Below the pieces are notes generated by a model. That model was not told where the DNA came from. It made no database searches and saw nothing but the letters and a program-made list of their open reading frames with translations. A DNA stretch of 64,000 bases, taken from Acidimicrobiia bacterium (lineage in GTDB: Bacteria; Actinomycetota; Acidimicrobiia; Spongiisociales; ZC4RG35). Below are positions 1 through 10,084 of this stretch, piece after piece. Position numbers and translations under genes: made by a program. Where the stretch lies: the NCBI GenBank assembly GCA_965203555.1, contig CBDBCY010000004.1, positions 256,001 through 320,000 on the forward strand, in the 5' to 3' direction. Numbering within the stretch: the first letter of the stretch is position 1; every line of letters starts with the position of its first letter.

Positions 1-528
1 GTCCTCCAGGATCTCAAGGTCGATCGTTCCCGAGCCCGCCAGCATTGAGGGATCTCCCCAGGGATTGAGGTAGCTGTACGGTTCCTTCTCCCATCCCTTG
101 TCGAACACGTAGTCCATGAGCGCCGAGAACGGGACCGGCACCGGCGTGACGCCGTAGGCGCGGACCCCGTCTACCTTCACCTGCGGCGCGGTGGCGGGCA
201 GGAGACTGCGGGCCGGGACCCCCAGCAACTGCGCCGAGTAGCCGAGAGCCTGCGCGGTGTTGCCGGCGCTCTGGGTGGTCACACCCCTTTGAAGGTCGGC
301 GTCCGACAGCGATCGCGCCCAGTTGAACACGCCGCGCAGCTTGAAGGATCCGACCGGCTGGAGGCACTCCGCCTTGATCCAGATGGAAGGGCCGGGCTCA
401 GGAGACTTGTACTGCAGGAGGGGTGTGCGCAATGCAACTCCGCTGATGCGCCAGGATGCCTCCCGCACATCTTGGACTGAAGGTGGGGGAATGGGAGGGT
501 CCCCGGATCCGGTTCTCATAGGGCCCAT
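1..528 (-). CDS. PLP-dependent threonine/serine dehydratase family protein (runs off the left edge)
   Basis: Manual translation from ATG 528: ...RTPLL...KAECLQPVGSFKLRG...SAGNTAQ...GSGTIDLEILED, containing the PLP-lysine SFKxRG and SAGN motifs. GGAG SD upstream. Missing from the ORF track because there is no stop in the window. Confidence 0.88.
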   Translation of the reverse strand, partial: MGPMRTGSGDPPIPPPSVQDVREASWRISGVALRTPLLQYKSPEPGPSIWIKAECLQPVGSFKLRGVFNWARSLSDADLQRGVTTQSAGNTAQALGYSAQLLGVPARSLLPATAPQVKVDGVRAYGVTPVPVPFSALMDYVFDKGWEKEPYSYLNPWGDPSMLAGSGTIDLEILED

Positions 529-639
529 GCGCTGAACTCCTTCACTTGTTGCCCGTACCTTCAGAGTAGGTCGGAGCCGAGGGTATGGCAAGAACGGTGA
601 ACGGTGTGGTGAGGGCCCGCCGGGAGCCGACCCCACGGT

Positions 640-685
640 AACAAATCAACCTGAGAAGATGGGTCTCCCACTTGCTGTCGGGTTG
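640..685 (-). terminator. possible intrinsic terminator after the VOC gene
   Basis: Imperfect hairpin CAACCCGA...TCAGGTTG followed by ATTTGTT on the minus strand. Confidence 0.35.
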
Positions 686-695
686 GACAGGTCCT

Positions 696-1121
696 CTATG
701 ACTCCTGAGGGTTGTTGTAGCTGACCATCCAGTTGATGCCGTACCTATCGGTGCAAGCGCCGAAGTACGAGCCCCAGAACGTGTCCCCCAGGGGCATGGT
801 GACCGTGCCGCCTTCGGAGATCCGGTTGAACAACTCCTCGGTCTGCTCGCGGCTATCCGCGTTGTAGGAGATGGCGAAATTGTTGCCCTGCTGTACAGGA
901 GGGCCGAAGGCGCTTGGAACGTCGCTTCCCATCAGGGCGGTACCGCCGATGTCGAGGGACACATGCAGGATGTCGTCCTGCTCGTCCTCGGGAATGTCCA
1001 TCTGCTCGGGCATGTCGCGAAAGGTGGCGAAGGAGCTGAAGTCTCCCCCGAACACCGAGCGGTAGAACTCGAACACCTCCCGACAGTTGCTGTTGAAATG
1101 CAGGTACACGTTGAGTGCCAT
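696..1121 (-). CDS. VOC/PhnB family protein
   Basis: LNVYLHF...FYRSVFGG, LMGSD and TFWGSYFGACTDRYGINWMV motifs; start moved to MALNV. Confidence 0.9.
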   Translation of the reverse strand: MALNVYLHFNSNCREVFEFYRSVFGGDFSSFATFRDMPEQMDIPEDEQDDILHVSLDIGGTALMGSDVPSAFGPPVQQGNNFAISYNADSREQTEELFNRISEGGTVTMPLGDTFWGSYFGACTDRYGINWMVSYNNPQES

Positions 1122-1250
1122 CAGATCCTCCTTCTGCAACCCGGCGCTTGTGAAGAATATCAAGTCGAACCATCAGGGCAACGGGTCCTTCCGCCGGGTT
1201 ACCTGCGGGTCGGGGATCCGAACCTAGGATCTATGCGTTTCTGCTGCAAT

Positions 1251-2393
1251 TCAGGCAGCGTCATAGATGAAATACCCTTCGGGCAGTTCTATGATTGTTT
1301 GCCGCTCTCCCGACTGGGTGTCAATGGAAATGATGACCTCGCCTTGGTCAATCACCCGGATGGCAACTATCAGGAGGTGGTCAACAATGCCTAATGGCGT
1401 GAGAAACTCGCCTTCCTCGTTGTCGTACAACCATCGCATGGTGTGGGTGGAAAGGTCGGCCGCATAGACCGCTTTCGTGATTGTGTATGGAGGATTCGTG
1501 GGATCGGGTTCCCGGTAGACGAGTAATACCTGGTCCGTATAACGTCCTGGGGTGTTCGCTACCGCCACCGGGATGTCGGGCAGAACTCCTAGTGACCAAC
1601 GGCCCGACTCGAACGCGGTAAACCGGTCGGTTTGCCCGGTGGCCGCATCATAGAGGACCAGGTGACTATCGTCATCGCTGAGACAGGCAGTGTGGTGTCC
1701 GTGCACCGACACCAACCGTAGGTTCCCGTTCTCTATGCTGTCCGGGCACATCGCCGCCTGACCGATGGCGATGGCCCCGGTGCTGCTCAGCGCCAGATCA
1801 TCCCGCCCGTCACCGGAAAACACAATGAGGTCATTTCCCAGCAACCTGTCCGCGTAATAGGAGCCTTTCAGTTCGAAACCAGCCAGTGTGGTGCCTTCTT
1901 TGGTGATCAGGTTTACCAGCGTGGCGACACCGGTTCGCTTCAACACCCAAATGTTCTCCCCGGATTGATCCTCCACGGCCCCGACCGCACCATCTCCCAC
2001 GTCAGTTCGATCAGTTTCGGATTCGAGGGATCGGGGTAGGCGAATGGTCGCGGGAGCAGCGGAAAAGTCCCCACCCGGCACCACGGACAGGAATTGTTCA
2101 CCGGACGGGTGGACCAGCACATCGCCCGACCTGGTGAACTCCGCCACATCAACCGAGTGGACCGGCAGGCCGCGATGCTCCAGCCGGGATATTCGCATCA
2201 CGCCGTCCGCCAAGTCAACCAATGCAACTCCACCCTGACTGTTCAGAGCCAGCACCTGGAACTCCACCGGTTGGCCTTCCCACTCAAGGTACACGACACG
2301 GGAGTGGAAGAACCCGGTTTCCCACCCAATCAGCATCCCGACCGCGGCGATAGGCAGCAGCATCCACCAACGCCTGCGCCACGCTTTCAACAC
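1251..2393 (-). CDS. hypothetical membrane-anchored/secreted protein
   Basis: 380-aa ORF with a basic then hydrophobic N-terminus and a beta-rich body. Confidence 0.65.
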   Translation of the reverse strand: MLKAWRRRWWMLLPIAAVGMLIGWETGFFHSRVVYLEWEGQPVEFQVLALNSQGGVALVDLADGVMRISRLEHRGLPVHSVDVAEFTRSGDVLVHPSGEQFLSVVPGGDFSAAPATIRLPRSLESETDRTDVGDGAVGAVEDQSGENIWVLKRTGVATLVNLITKEGTTLAGFELKGSYYADRLLGNDLIVFSGDGRDDLALSSTGAIAIGQAAMCPDSIENGNLRLVSVHGHHTACLSDDDSHLVLYDAATGQTDRFTAFESGRWSLGVLPDIPVAVANTPGRYTDQVLLVYREPDPTNPPYTITKAVYAADLSTHTMRWLYDNEEGEFLTPLGIVDHLLIVAIRVIDQGEVIISIDTQSGERQTIIELPEGYFIYDAA

Positions 2394-2487
2394 TCTCTAG
2401 TGGTATGTCTGCCAAACAATCGGGTAGGCGGCGCCCTGGGGGTAGCCCCTGTTAGAACCGGCTTCCGGTCGTTCTCAGACACCCTGC

Positions 2488-4740
2488 TCATGGGGCATCC
2501 GTGTCGTGGCTGCCAGGAGCGGACGCAGCCTGCCGGGAGGGCCACCAGTTCCACCGGCCCAGCAGGGCGACCAGGGCCGGCACTATCAACGTGCGGGTTA
2601 TGAAGGTGTCGATCAGCACGCCCACCGCAACCGCGAATCCGAGTTGCAGAAGGTCCTGGAGCGGAAGGGTCATCAGCGCGGAGAACGTGCCGGCGAGGAT
2701 GATCCCCGCGGAGGTGATGACCGGACCGGTGCGGGCCAGGGCATGGCGGGTCGCTTCCTTGAGCGGGGACCGTCGCGCCTCTTCGCGGATCCGCGACATC
2801 AGATAGATGTTGTAGTCGACACTCAGCGCGTTCAGGAAGACGAATAGGAAGAACGGCACCGCATACCCGACCCCGGCGTGCCCGAATACCAGGATGAACA
2901 CCGCAACCGACAGGCCCAGGGTTGCAAAGTAGGTGAAGGCGATCGTGGCCATGAGGTACAGGGGCGCGATCAACGAGCGAAGCAGCAGCGCCAACACCAC
3001 GCCGATGGCCAGAAGGATCAGGGGAAGCACCACCAGCGAGTCCCGGTCTCCCGCGGTGCGGGTGTCGTAGGCCTCCGCCGTGTCCCCGCCGATCAGCACG
3101 CTTTCGGGGGACAGACCCTGGGCCGAGCCGGTCCGGCGGGCCAGGGTACGCAGATCGGGCACCACGTCGAGAGCCGCTCGGGAGAACGGGTTCGCCTCCA
3201 GCACGATGTCGATGCGGCCGGCGCCGCCATCGGGGGACACGAACCGCCGGATGAGCGACTCCGGCAGCAACGAGGCCGGGGGTCCCTCCATGCCGAGGGG
3301 TCTGGTGGGACCGGAGGCGTTGGCCACGGCCGGGTGCCCGGCGATCTCCAGCGTGAGGGCGTCCAACTGCCGGAGGGAGGCCGGATCGAGCGCCCCGGCG
3401 CCCGGGGGCAGAGACACGTAGAGTTGAGTGGGGGAGAGTTCTCCTGCCGGAAAGCCGCTTCGCAGCAACTCGAAGCTGCGAACCGACTCGGCATTGTCGG
3501 GCAGGCTTTCAAGCTGGTCGTAGTTGGTCCGGTACGGGATAAGGCCTGCCACCAGAACACCGAGAGCCAGCACCGTGACCGCAAGGGAGACGCCCGGGCG
3601 ACGCAGCACTACCGCGCCCACCCTGCCGTAAACGCTGCGTCGCCAGTCGGTCTGCTTCACGGCTTCGGTGTCCAGGCGAGGTTGCCTTGGCCAGAAGGCG
3701 CCCCTTCCGAAGATGGTCAGCACCGCCGGGATCAGGGTCAGGGCGGCCAGCATCATCAGGGCCACCGCCAGGGCGATCACCGGGCCGAGCGCCTGGTAGG
3801 AACGCAGAGTCGCCAGCCCGAGAGCGATACAGGCGACCAGGATGGTGGCCCCCGCGGAGGCGACCGCTCCGCCCACGCCCCGCATGGTGCGTCTCATGGC
3901 CTCGTGGCGATCGCCGTGCCTGGTCAACTCCTCGCGAAAGCGGGCCGACACGAAGAGCACGTAGTCGGTTCCGGTGCCGAAGAGCACCACAGTCATGATC
4001 CCGGTGGTCTGTCCGGAGATCGGAAGGTCGAAACCGAGGGCGAGCCAGGCGGCTATCCCCCCGGCCAGTTGAAAGACGAGACCCACGCCCAGGAGAGGGA
4101 TCACCGCCATGATCGGGGAGCGATAGATGATGATCAGCAGCACCAGCACCAGAAGGACCGTCACCAGCAACAGCAGGGTGTCGATCTGCAAGAACACCCC
4201 GACCAAGTCCACCACCAAGCCGCCGGGTCCCCCCGAGGCGATCTCGACGCCGGTCAGATCCAGGGACGCCGAGCGGTCGCGGATGGCATCCACCGTGTCG
4301 AAAAATGGCTGTTCAGCCGGCTCACCGGCCACTTCGACGAACACGTACATGGTGGTTCCGTCGGTGGACACCAGGCCGGACCGCGGGCCCGTGGAGAGGT
4401 CGGGGCTCAGCACCCGAGTCACGTTGTCCGGCGCGTCCGGCCCGGAGAGCCAGGCCGCGATCCCGGCCGCCCCCTGGTAGGCGGCAGGCCCCAGACCGGC
4501 CGGTTCGCGAAACACGATCAGAACGGGCGTCCCGGCCGATGGGAAACGCTCCTGTGCGAACTGGTAGGCCCGGGTGGCCTCTGCGTCCCTGGGCAGGAAC
4601 AGAGCCTGCTCGTTCTCGGTGGCCTCGTTGAGGGTCGGAAGTTGTGAGATCAACCATCCTGCGGCGATCATCCACACGACCACGGTCACCCACTTGCCGC
4701 GGGGACTGGAGGCGAAATCGGTCAGGCGGCCGAGCACCAT
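2488..4740 (-). CDS. MMPL/RND family transporter
   Basis: Two repeats of TM bundles with GTGTDYVLF and SVDYNIYLMSRIREE...TGPVITSAGIILAGTF motifs. Confidence 0.93.
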   Translation of the reverse strand: MVLGRLTDFASSPRGKWVTVVVWMIAAGWLISQLPTLNEATENEQALFLPRDAEATRAYQFAQERFPSAGTPVLIVFREPAGLGPAAYQGAAGIAAWLSGPDAPDNVTRVLSPDLSTGPRSGLVSTDGTTMYVFVEVAGEPAEQPFFDTVDAIRDRSASLDLTGVEIASGGPGGLVVDLVGVFLQIDTLLLLVTVLLVLVLLIIIYRSPIMAVIPLLGVGLVFQLAGGIAAWLALGFDLPISGQTTGIMTVVLFGTGTDYVLFVSARFREELTRHGDRHEAMRRTMRGVGGAVASAGATILVACIALGLATLRSYQALGPVIALAVALMMLAALTLIPAVLTIFGRGAFWPRQPRLDTEAVKQTDWRRSVYGRVGAVVLRRPGVSLAVTVLALGVLVAGLIPYRTNYDQLESLPDNAESVRSFELLRSGFPAGELSPTQLYVSLPPGAGALDPASLRQLDALTLEIAGHPAVANASGPTRPLGMEGPPASLLPESLIRRFVSPDGGAGRIDIVLEANPFSRAALDVVPDLRTLARRTGSAQGLSPESVLIGGDTAEAYDTRTAGDRDSLVVLPLILLAIGVVLALLLRSLIAPLYLMATIAFTYFATLGLSVAVFILVFGHAGVGYAVPFFLFVFLNALSVDYNIYLMSRIREEARRSPLKEATRHALARTGPVITSAGIILAGTFSALMTLPLQDLLQLGFAVAVGVLIDTFITRTLIVPALVALLGRWNWWPSRQAASAPGSHDTDAP

Positions 4741-5079
4741 GCACTCCGGTCTCGGAGTAGGAGGTCGACGGCTGCCGCCTGCCATCCACAGGGCTCTATC
4801 GATACCAAAGTCGGCCTTGGCAGTGAGGTGACCGGTCCTCTGTCATACAGGGCTGTGCCTACTGTGCCTGACAATGTGGGGTAGTGACGTGTAGGTCCTG
4901 TAGAGGCATCGGATACTCCAAGAGCGTACCGGGATCGTGTTCATATTGCGGAGAGGTTGCGGGCAGAGGCCTCCCGGCGCCGATGGGGTTATTGGATGAT
5001 GCTTGCGAACCGTTGTTGGTGACTGCGCCATAGTCCCTGCGCGGTCAAATGTAAGCGAAGCCAAAAGCCCCGGTTCTCC

Positions 5080-5898
5080 CTACGTTTCTTCTAACCGAGC
5101 TTCAGGCCAGCGTAGGATGGCTCTTTCGATCCATCCGATCAGGTGGAAGAACACAATGCCCGCCAGGGACGACAATGCTATGGCCGCAAACATCAGCCTG
5201 GTGTCGATCCGGTAGCTTGCCTGCACGATGACGAATCCAATGCCCCGATCGGCGCCGGTGAATTCTGCCACTATTGAACCGATCACCGATAGCGTGGCTG
5301 CGACTCGAAGACCGGCGAATACGTAAGGAAGCGAGCTGGGAAGCCGCAGCCTCCAAAATATCGAAGCCCTGCGTGCCGACAGCACGTTCATTAGCTCCAT
5401 TGCCTGGTTGCTTACCGATCGGAGGCCGCGAGTCGTGTTGACCAGGACTGGGAAAAAGCAGATTATGGCTGCGATCACTACTTTGGGAAGGAGTGTGTAT
5501 CCGAACCAGATTGTCAGTAGGGGTGCGATGGCGACAATAGGGACGGTTTGGAGAACTATGGCCCAGGGAAACGCAGCGCGCTCCACCACCCTCACGTGGA
5601 CGAACACCACTGCCGTCACAAACGCTATGCCGCTCCCAATCAGGAAGCCCAGCACGGCCTCGAGCATCGTCCATCCCAGATCGGCTGCGAGCCACCGACC
5701 CTCCGCCAGCAACTCAAGGAAGATCTCGGAAGGACTCGGGACGATGTAGGCCGGTACGTCGGCTACTACTACCACGATCTGCCAGATAGCGAGGGCGAGC
5801 AGGGCCAACAGGGCTGCCGGAAGAATCCCCCTTGCCTTGGTGATCCAGCGTTTGCTGAAATGATCCTCCCCTATCACATTCAACCTAATGCGGCTCAC
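5080..5898 (-). CDS. ABC transporter permease (NitT/TauC/SsuC-like)
   Basis: PIVAIAPLL, FFPVLVNT and RLPSSLPYVFAGLR motifs. Confidence 0.92.
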   Translation of the reverse strand: MSRIRLNVIGEDHFSKRWITKARGILPAALLALLALAIWQIVVVVADVPAYIVPSPSEIFLELLAEGRWLAADLGWTMLEAVLGFLIGSGIAFVTAVVFVHVRVVERAAFPWAIVLQTVPIVAIAPLLTIWFGYTLLPKVVIAAIICFFPVLVNTTRGLRSVSNQAMELMNVLSARRASIFWRLRLPSSLPYVFAGLRVAATLSVIGSIVAEFTGADRGIGFVIVQASYRIDTRLMFAAIALSSLAGIVFFHLIGWIERAILRWPEARLEET

Positions 5899-6692
5899 GA
5901 CGGGTGGTCTGTTTCGAGGAGGGATCGCAGTTGGCTGGCCAGCGATCCGAACTCGGGTTCGTACCGCAACTCCAGCGGCCTCGGCCGCGGGAAGGGGACG
6001 GCAGCCACTCGTTCGATCCGTCCTGGCCGAGGACTCAGAACCACGACCCGGTCAGCAAGGAATATCGCCTCCTGGATACTGTGGGTGACGAACAGCACGG
6101 TGGCTTGTGCCTTGTCCCATACGTCGAGGAGTTGGAGATTCAGCCGGTCCCTGGTGAATTCGTCGAGCGCTCCGAACGGCTCGTCCATCAAGAGAGTTGA
6201 GGCCTCGTAGATCAGCGCTCGAGCGATAGCGACCCGCGACTGCATCCCGCCCGACATCTGGGCGGGGTAGTGCTCTTCGAAGCCGGCCAGACCCACATCT
6301 TTCAAAAGTTGGCGCGCCAGTTGCTCGGTCTGTGGACCATGGGTCGGGTTTCGCTTCCCGAGGATCTTGTCCGGAAGGAGCACGTTCGCCAGCGCCCGCA
6401 ACCACGGGAAGAGTACGGGATTCTGGAAGACGACCCCGAATTCGACGTCGCGGCGTGCTTGTTCCGGCGTCCTGCCGTGCACAGAGACGGTCCCGGCCGT
6501 TGGTTCGAGCAGTCCCGAAACAACCCGGAGCAAGGTCGACTTGCCGCATCCCGACGGCCCCACGATCGCTAGGAACTCGCCGGCGGTGATTTCCAAGTTG
6601 ATGTCCTCAAGGGCAACTACATGATTCTCGCCACCAAAGGTGACCCCAACCGAGTCGAGAACTATTCCGGCGCCGACGCTCGGTTGGCTCAT
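5895..6692 (-). CDS. ABC transporter ATP-binding protein (TauB/SsuB-like)
   Basis: GPSGCGKST, MSGGMQ, LLMDEPFGALD and VTH motifs. Confidence 0.95.
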   Translation of the reverse strand: MSQPSVGAGIVLDSVGVTFGGENHVVALEDINLEITAGEFLAIVGPSGCGKSTLLRVVSGLLEPTAGTVSVHGRTPEQARRDVEFGVVFQNPVLFPWLRALANVLLPDKILGKRNPTHGPQTEQLARQLLKDVGLAGFEEHYPAQMSGGMQSRVAIARALIYEASTLLMDEPFGALDEFTRDRLNLQLLDVWDKAQATVLFVTHSIQEAIFLADRVVVLSPRPGRIERVAAVPFPRPRPLELRYEPEFGSLASQLRSLLETDHPS

Positions 6693-7477
6693 GGCTTCCT
6701 TTTCTTGGCCTCGTACTTTCGGATTCCTTCCAGAGCGACATCAATGGCGTTGTGCCATCCATTGAAGAGCGCTTGATTGACGCCTTCATAATCTATTTCG
6801 TCCGGTTCTGTGTAGTTGTATGACACTGCACACACCGATGCTGCCTTGAGACCACGGAGGTGGGCTATCGTGAAGATCGCCGCGCTCTCCATCTCGATAT
6901 TCATGATCCGTTGCCGGATGCGGTTCTTTACCCGGTCCTCGGTCTCTGCATAGAACGCATCAGCGGAGGCGTTTATGCCAATGAACAACCCGAAACCACG
7001 TTCTACGCTCAGCTCTTGTCCGGCTTCGATGAGAGCGGCGGTGAGAAAGTGATCCGCCACTGCCGGGAATCCGTCATCGACCAGGGCGGCGGTAGTTCCG
7101 TCCTCTCGCATTGATGCAACATTGATCAGGACGTCGCCTTTACGAATCCCCGGCACAAAGGCCGCGCTACTCCCGACACGGATGAAGTGGGACACGCCCA
7201 CGTTGGCCAGTTCCTCGACCGCTATCGAAGCCGAAGGGCATCCGATTCCGGTCGACGTGCCGCTCACTCTTATGTCGTGATACTTGCCGGTTACGGTGCG
7301 GTACTCGCGGTGGTGGGCAACCTCTGTCGGCTCGTCCAGGTGTTCTGCAATCAGTGTGATGCGGCCGGGATCCCCGGGCAGAAGCACATAGTCGGCCACG
7401 TCCCCGGGTTTGACTCGCAGGTGATACTGCATTTTGCCTACATTCCCGGCCGTGTTGTCAAACAAGTCCATGCTCAT
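6689..7477 (-). CDS. udp: uridine/nucleoside phosphorylase
   Basis: QYHL, LLPGDPGR, STGIGCPS, IRVGS and EMESAA motifs (PNP_UDP family). Confidence 0.85.
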   Translation of the reverse strand: MSMDLFDNTAGNVGKMQYHLRVKPGDVADYVLLPGDPGRITLIAEHLDEPTEVAHHREYRTVTGKYHDIRVSGTSTGIGCPSASIAVEELANVGVSHFIRVGSSAAFVPGIRKGDVLINVASMREDGTTAALVDDGFPAVADHFLTAALIEAGQELSVERGFGLFIGINASADAFYAETEDRVKNRIRQRIMNIEMESAAIFTIAHLRGLKAASVCAVSYNYTEPDEIDYEGVNQALFNGWHNAIDVALEGIRKYEAKKRKP

Positions 7478-7498
7478 TCCTTTCCTAGAGGACTTACA

Positions 7499-7528
7499 GA
7501 TAGGGGCCCCTCCGGAGGGGCCCCTATC
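7499..7528. repeat. perfect 30-bp palindrome between the SBP gene and udp
   Basis: GATAGGGGCCCCTCCGGAGGGGCCCCTATC equals its own reverse complement. Confidence 0.85.
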
Positions 7529-7532
7529 GCGA

Positions 7533-8588
7533 TCAGGAGGAGAAACACGCGTCTGTGAACAGACTGTTCACGTCCACGTCAACTGTCAGCCCTCCGTAGG
7601 CTTGGAGAACGTCGATCACCGTTTGCCACCGCTCCGCCGTCATGAAACCCATACCATGCTCGACCGATTCCGGAGTACGGATGTGAGTTAGCGTGGTGTC
7701 GAGGATCAAGCGTTCCGTGGGGGCATCAAGGTTGTCCGGGTCCGAAGCGACGACTATGTCAGTGGTCTCGTCCGGGTTCTCGTGGGCGTATTCCCAGCCT
7801 CGAGCGATTGCCCGAACCATTCCACAGACAACCTCTGGATTGTCTTCGAAATAGCTCCTGGTTGTAAAGAGAGCGTTGGCCGAGGTCTCGACGCCATAAT
7901 CAAACGGGACCCACACGTTTGTCTCGGCACCCTGCAGGCTGGCTCTGATCGGTTCGTTCGTTGCAAAGACCGTGACGATGTCGATGTCCCCTTCGAGCAG
8001 GGGAGTCAGGTCGAACCCGACCGTCACCTTGTCAATGGAGCCGAGATCGATGCCGTTCTTGACCAACATTGCCTGGCTCAGCATCCACGGGCCGCCTTCC
8101 TGAAAGCCGATGGTTGCCCCGGCGAAGTCCTCAAGCGTATCGATTCCAGAGTCAGCCAGGGCCATCACCGCGCCGGGGTGTTTCTGCAAAAACGCCGCTG
8201 CGGTAATCAACGGGATGTCTTCTGATGCCGCGTAGACCAAAGAGTTCATGTCGTGAAGGCCGAAAGTGTCAGTGCCGGCAGCCACCAGTGTGATGCTGTT
8301 GGTGTCGAACCCTCCGGGATTGATGGTTACGTCGAGTCCTTCATCCGCGAAGAATCCCTTTTCCAGTGCTACGAGTTCTCCCGCGAACTGGGTTCCAAGA
8401 AACCACGGGAGCCGGAGGGACACGGCAACAGGCTCGGGAGCTGCGGTTGTCTGGGGGGCTGCGGTTGTTTCGGGGGCCGCGGCCGCTGTCGTGGTTGTGC
8501 CGTCATCGTCTGCGCATGCGTTAGCGAGGATGGCTATCGCGATGAGCAGGGCTACCCGATACCCCGTGGTACGGTTGATGTTTGTCAT
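7533..8588 (-). CDS. ABC substrate-binding lipoprotein, NMT1/THI5-like
   Basis: Lipobox LANAC, Thr/Ala linker, QFAG..VALEKGFFADEGLDV motif. Confidence 0.9.
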   Translation of the reverse strand: MTNINRTTGYRVALLIAIAILANACADDDGTTTTAAAAPETTAAPQTTAAPEPVAVSLRLPWFLGTQFAGELVALEKGFFADEGLDVTINPGGFDTNSITLVAAGTDTFGLHDMNSLVYAASEDIPLITAAAFLQKHPGAVMALADSGIDTLEDFAGATIGFQEGGPWMLSQAMLVKNGIDLGSIDKVTVGFDLTPLLEGDIDIVTVFATNEPIRASLQGAETNVWVPFDYGVETSANALFTTRSYFEDNPEVVCGMVRAIARGWEYAHENPDETTDIVVASDPDNLDAPTERLILDTTLTHIRTPESVEHGMGFMTAERWQTVIDVLQAYGGLTVDVDVNSLFTDACFSS

Positions 8589-8606
8589 GTTCTCTCTCCT
8601 TACGTG

Positions 8607-9779
8607 TTAGAGGGCTCTTTGGCTTAGGCCGGCGGATTCGGGGCAGTTACAGGATTCGCGCAGTATCAGGCGGGTCTCAAATGTGACCGGGGGCTGGACG
8701 GCTCCCGTGACGATGGCTCGGCTAAGGGTGCGGACAGCCTCGTAGCCGAGGTCATCGGCCGGAAGGCGGGTTGTGGACAGCGCAGGTGCGGCGAGGGCCG
8801 CAAACGGAATCTCCCCGTAACCCATGACAGCGATATCGTCGGGCACCCGTCCTCCGAGTTCGGTTATAGCGGTGATTGCGCCAAGCGCAAGGACGTCGCC
8901 GGCGCAGAAAATTGCGGTCGGGGGCCTGTCGGCTTCCAGCATCTGAGCTGCGGCTTTGGCGCCTGCTTCCAGGCTCCAATCTGAGGCTGCCACCACCAAC
9001 CGGTCTTCTAGGGGTACCCCGGCAGTTGTCAGAACCGGAGCCGATCCTTCGACAAACCTCGACGTTCCCCAGCCAGCCGCCGGATCGATGAATCCGATAC
9101 GACGATGACCATGGTCGATCAGATGGCTGATGGCCTTGGAGCCGGCCGCAGCCTCATCGACCACGATCCGCGAGCCGCTGTCGGCGCTGTGGCTGTCCAC
9201 GAACACGAAAGGCCGTAGCGCAGACGCCGACCTGAAGATCTCGGCAGTCTCGCGGTCGGGCCGGTCGAAGTGAATCACGATGATTCCGTCCACATTCCGG
9301 CTGAACAGTTGGTCGACATCTCGGGAGACCACTCTCGGGTCGTAATGCCGGGTCTGGCATATGACAGGTAGCCATCCCTCTATCTCGGACCCCTTGGAGA
9401 TGGCGTCGAGAAACTCCGCGTAATAATCAGTGAAGGAGGGAACCAGGACACCGATGGTGAAACTCGACTGCCGATTCTCTCTTCGGGACCAGGCTTGATC
9501 CCGGTCGTAACCCAGGACGAGGGTGCGTGACCCTCGGCGCATGAAGACCAGCCCATCGTCGGCGAGTTGCCGGTAGGCCGCTCGCACCGTATGAACGTTC
9601 ACGCTTAGATGCTGCGCCAAATCGGCGATCGTTGGCAGAAAGCTGTCGGGCTTTGCCACGCCGGTGGCGATGAGCCGTGTGAGTTGACCGGCTATCTGAG
9701 CGGCGAGAGATACCCGGCTACGTCGATCGATGTTTATTCGATCGACCAGGGTAGATACCGAATGCGATGTGTCTGTCAT
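8607..9779 (-). CDS. GntR-HTH + LacI-type sensing domain transcriptional regulator
   Basis: N-terminal LPTIADLAQHLSVNVHTVRAAY wHTH; C-terminal PTAIFC..D.LALG and VPDDIAVMGY. Confidence 0.9.
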   Translation of the reverse strand: MTDTSHSVSTLVDRINIDRRSRVSLAAQIAGQLTRLIATGVAKPDSFLPTIADLAQHLSVNVHTVRAAYRQLADDGLVFMRRGSRTLVLGYDRDQAWSRRENRQSSFTIGVLVPSFTDYYAEFLDAISKGSEIEGWLPVICQTRHYDPRVVSRDVDQLFSRNVDGIIVIHFDRPDRETAEIFRSASALRPFVFVDSHSADSGSRIVVDEAAAGSKAISHLIDHGHRRIGFIDPAAGWGTSRFVEGSAPVLTTAGVPLEDRLVVAASDWSLEAGAKAAAQMLEADRPPTAIFCAGDVLALGAITAITELGGRVPDDIAVMGYGEIPFAALAAPALSTTRLPADDLGYEAVRTLSRAIVTGAVQPPVTFETRLILRESCNCPESAGLSQRAL

Positions 9780-9815
9780 AAGAGGGAGTATAATAGATAT
9801 CTATATATCTAGATA
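9780..9815 (-). promoter_or_regulatory. leaderless promoter (-10 TATACT) with an overlapping AT-rich palindromic operator candidate
   Basis: TATACT lies 7 nt before ATG 9779; palindromes TAGATATCTA (9794-9803) and TATCTAGATA (9806-9815). Confidence 0.6.
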
Positions 9816-9830
9816 AATCGAGCGCCAGAA

Positions 9831-10067
9831 CGAGTGGAGCGGTTGATGCGTTTGGCAGGCACAGCAGGTGTCGGCCGCCAGAGTGCCCACCTATCGCAGG
9901 TGGAGAATTACCGTCGGGATTGCGGTTGACCTGGTTGAGCGCAAGTTTCGAACCGCCACAGCGGACCAACTGTGGGCTGCGGATGTAGCCCAACACCTGA
10001 CCGGTGGGGGAACGGTGTCATTTGGCGGTAGTGATTGACGTTTGCAAAGCGGGAAGTTATCGGCTGA
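9831..10067 (+). pseudogene. IS3-family transposase (OrfB) fragment
   Basis: Manual translation RVERLMRLAG.. / DLVERKF..DQLWAADV / HLAVVIDV..REVIG*, which matches the IS3 integrase-core pattern; frameshifted. Confidence 0.75.
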
Positions 10068-10084
10068 ATGATCGGGGCTTAGGC

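Noticed and set aside
2878-4647. Long antisense ORFs (also 31899-33668, 36363-38027, 43996-45528, 20419-21672)
   Set aside because: Shadow frames opposite well-supported genes, as expected in high-GC DNA.
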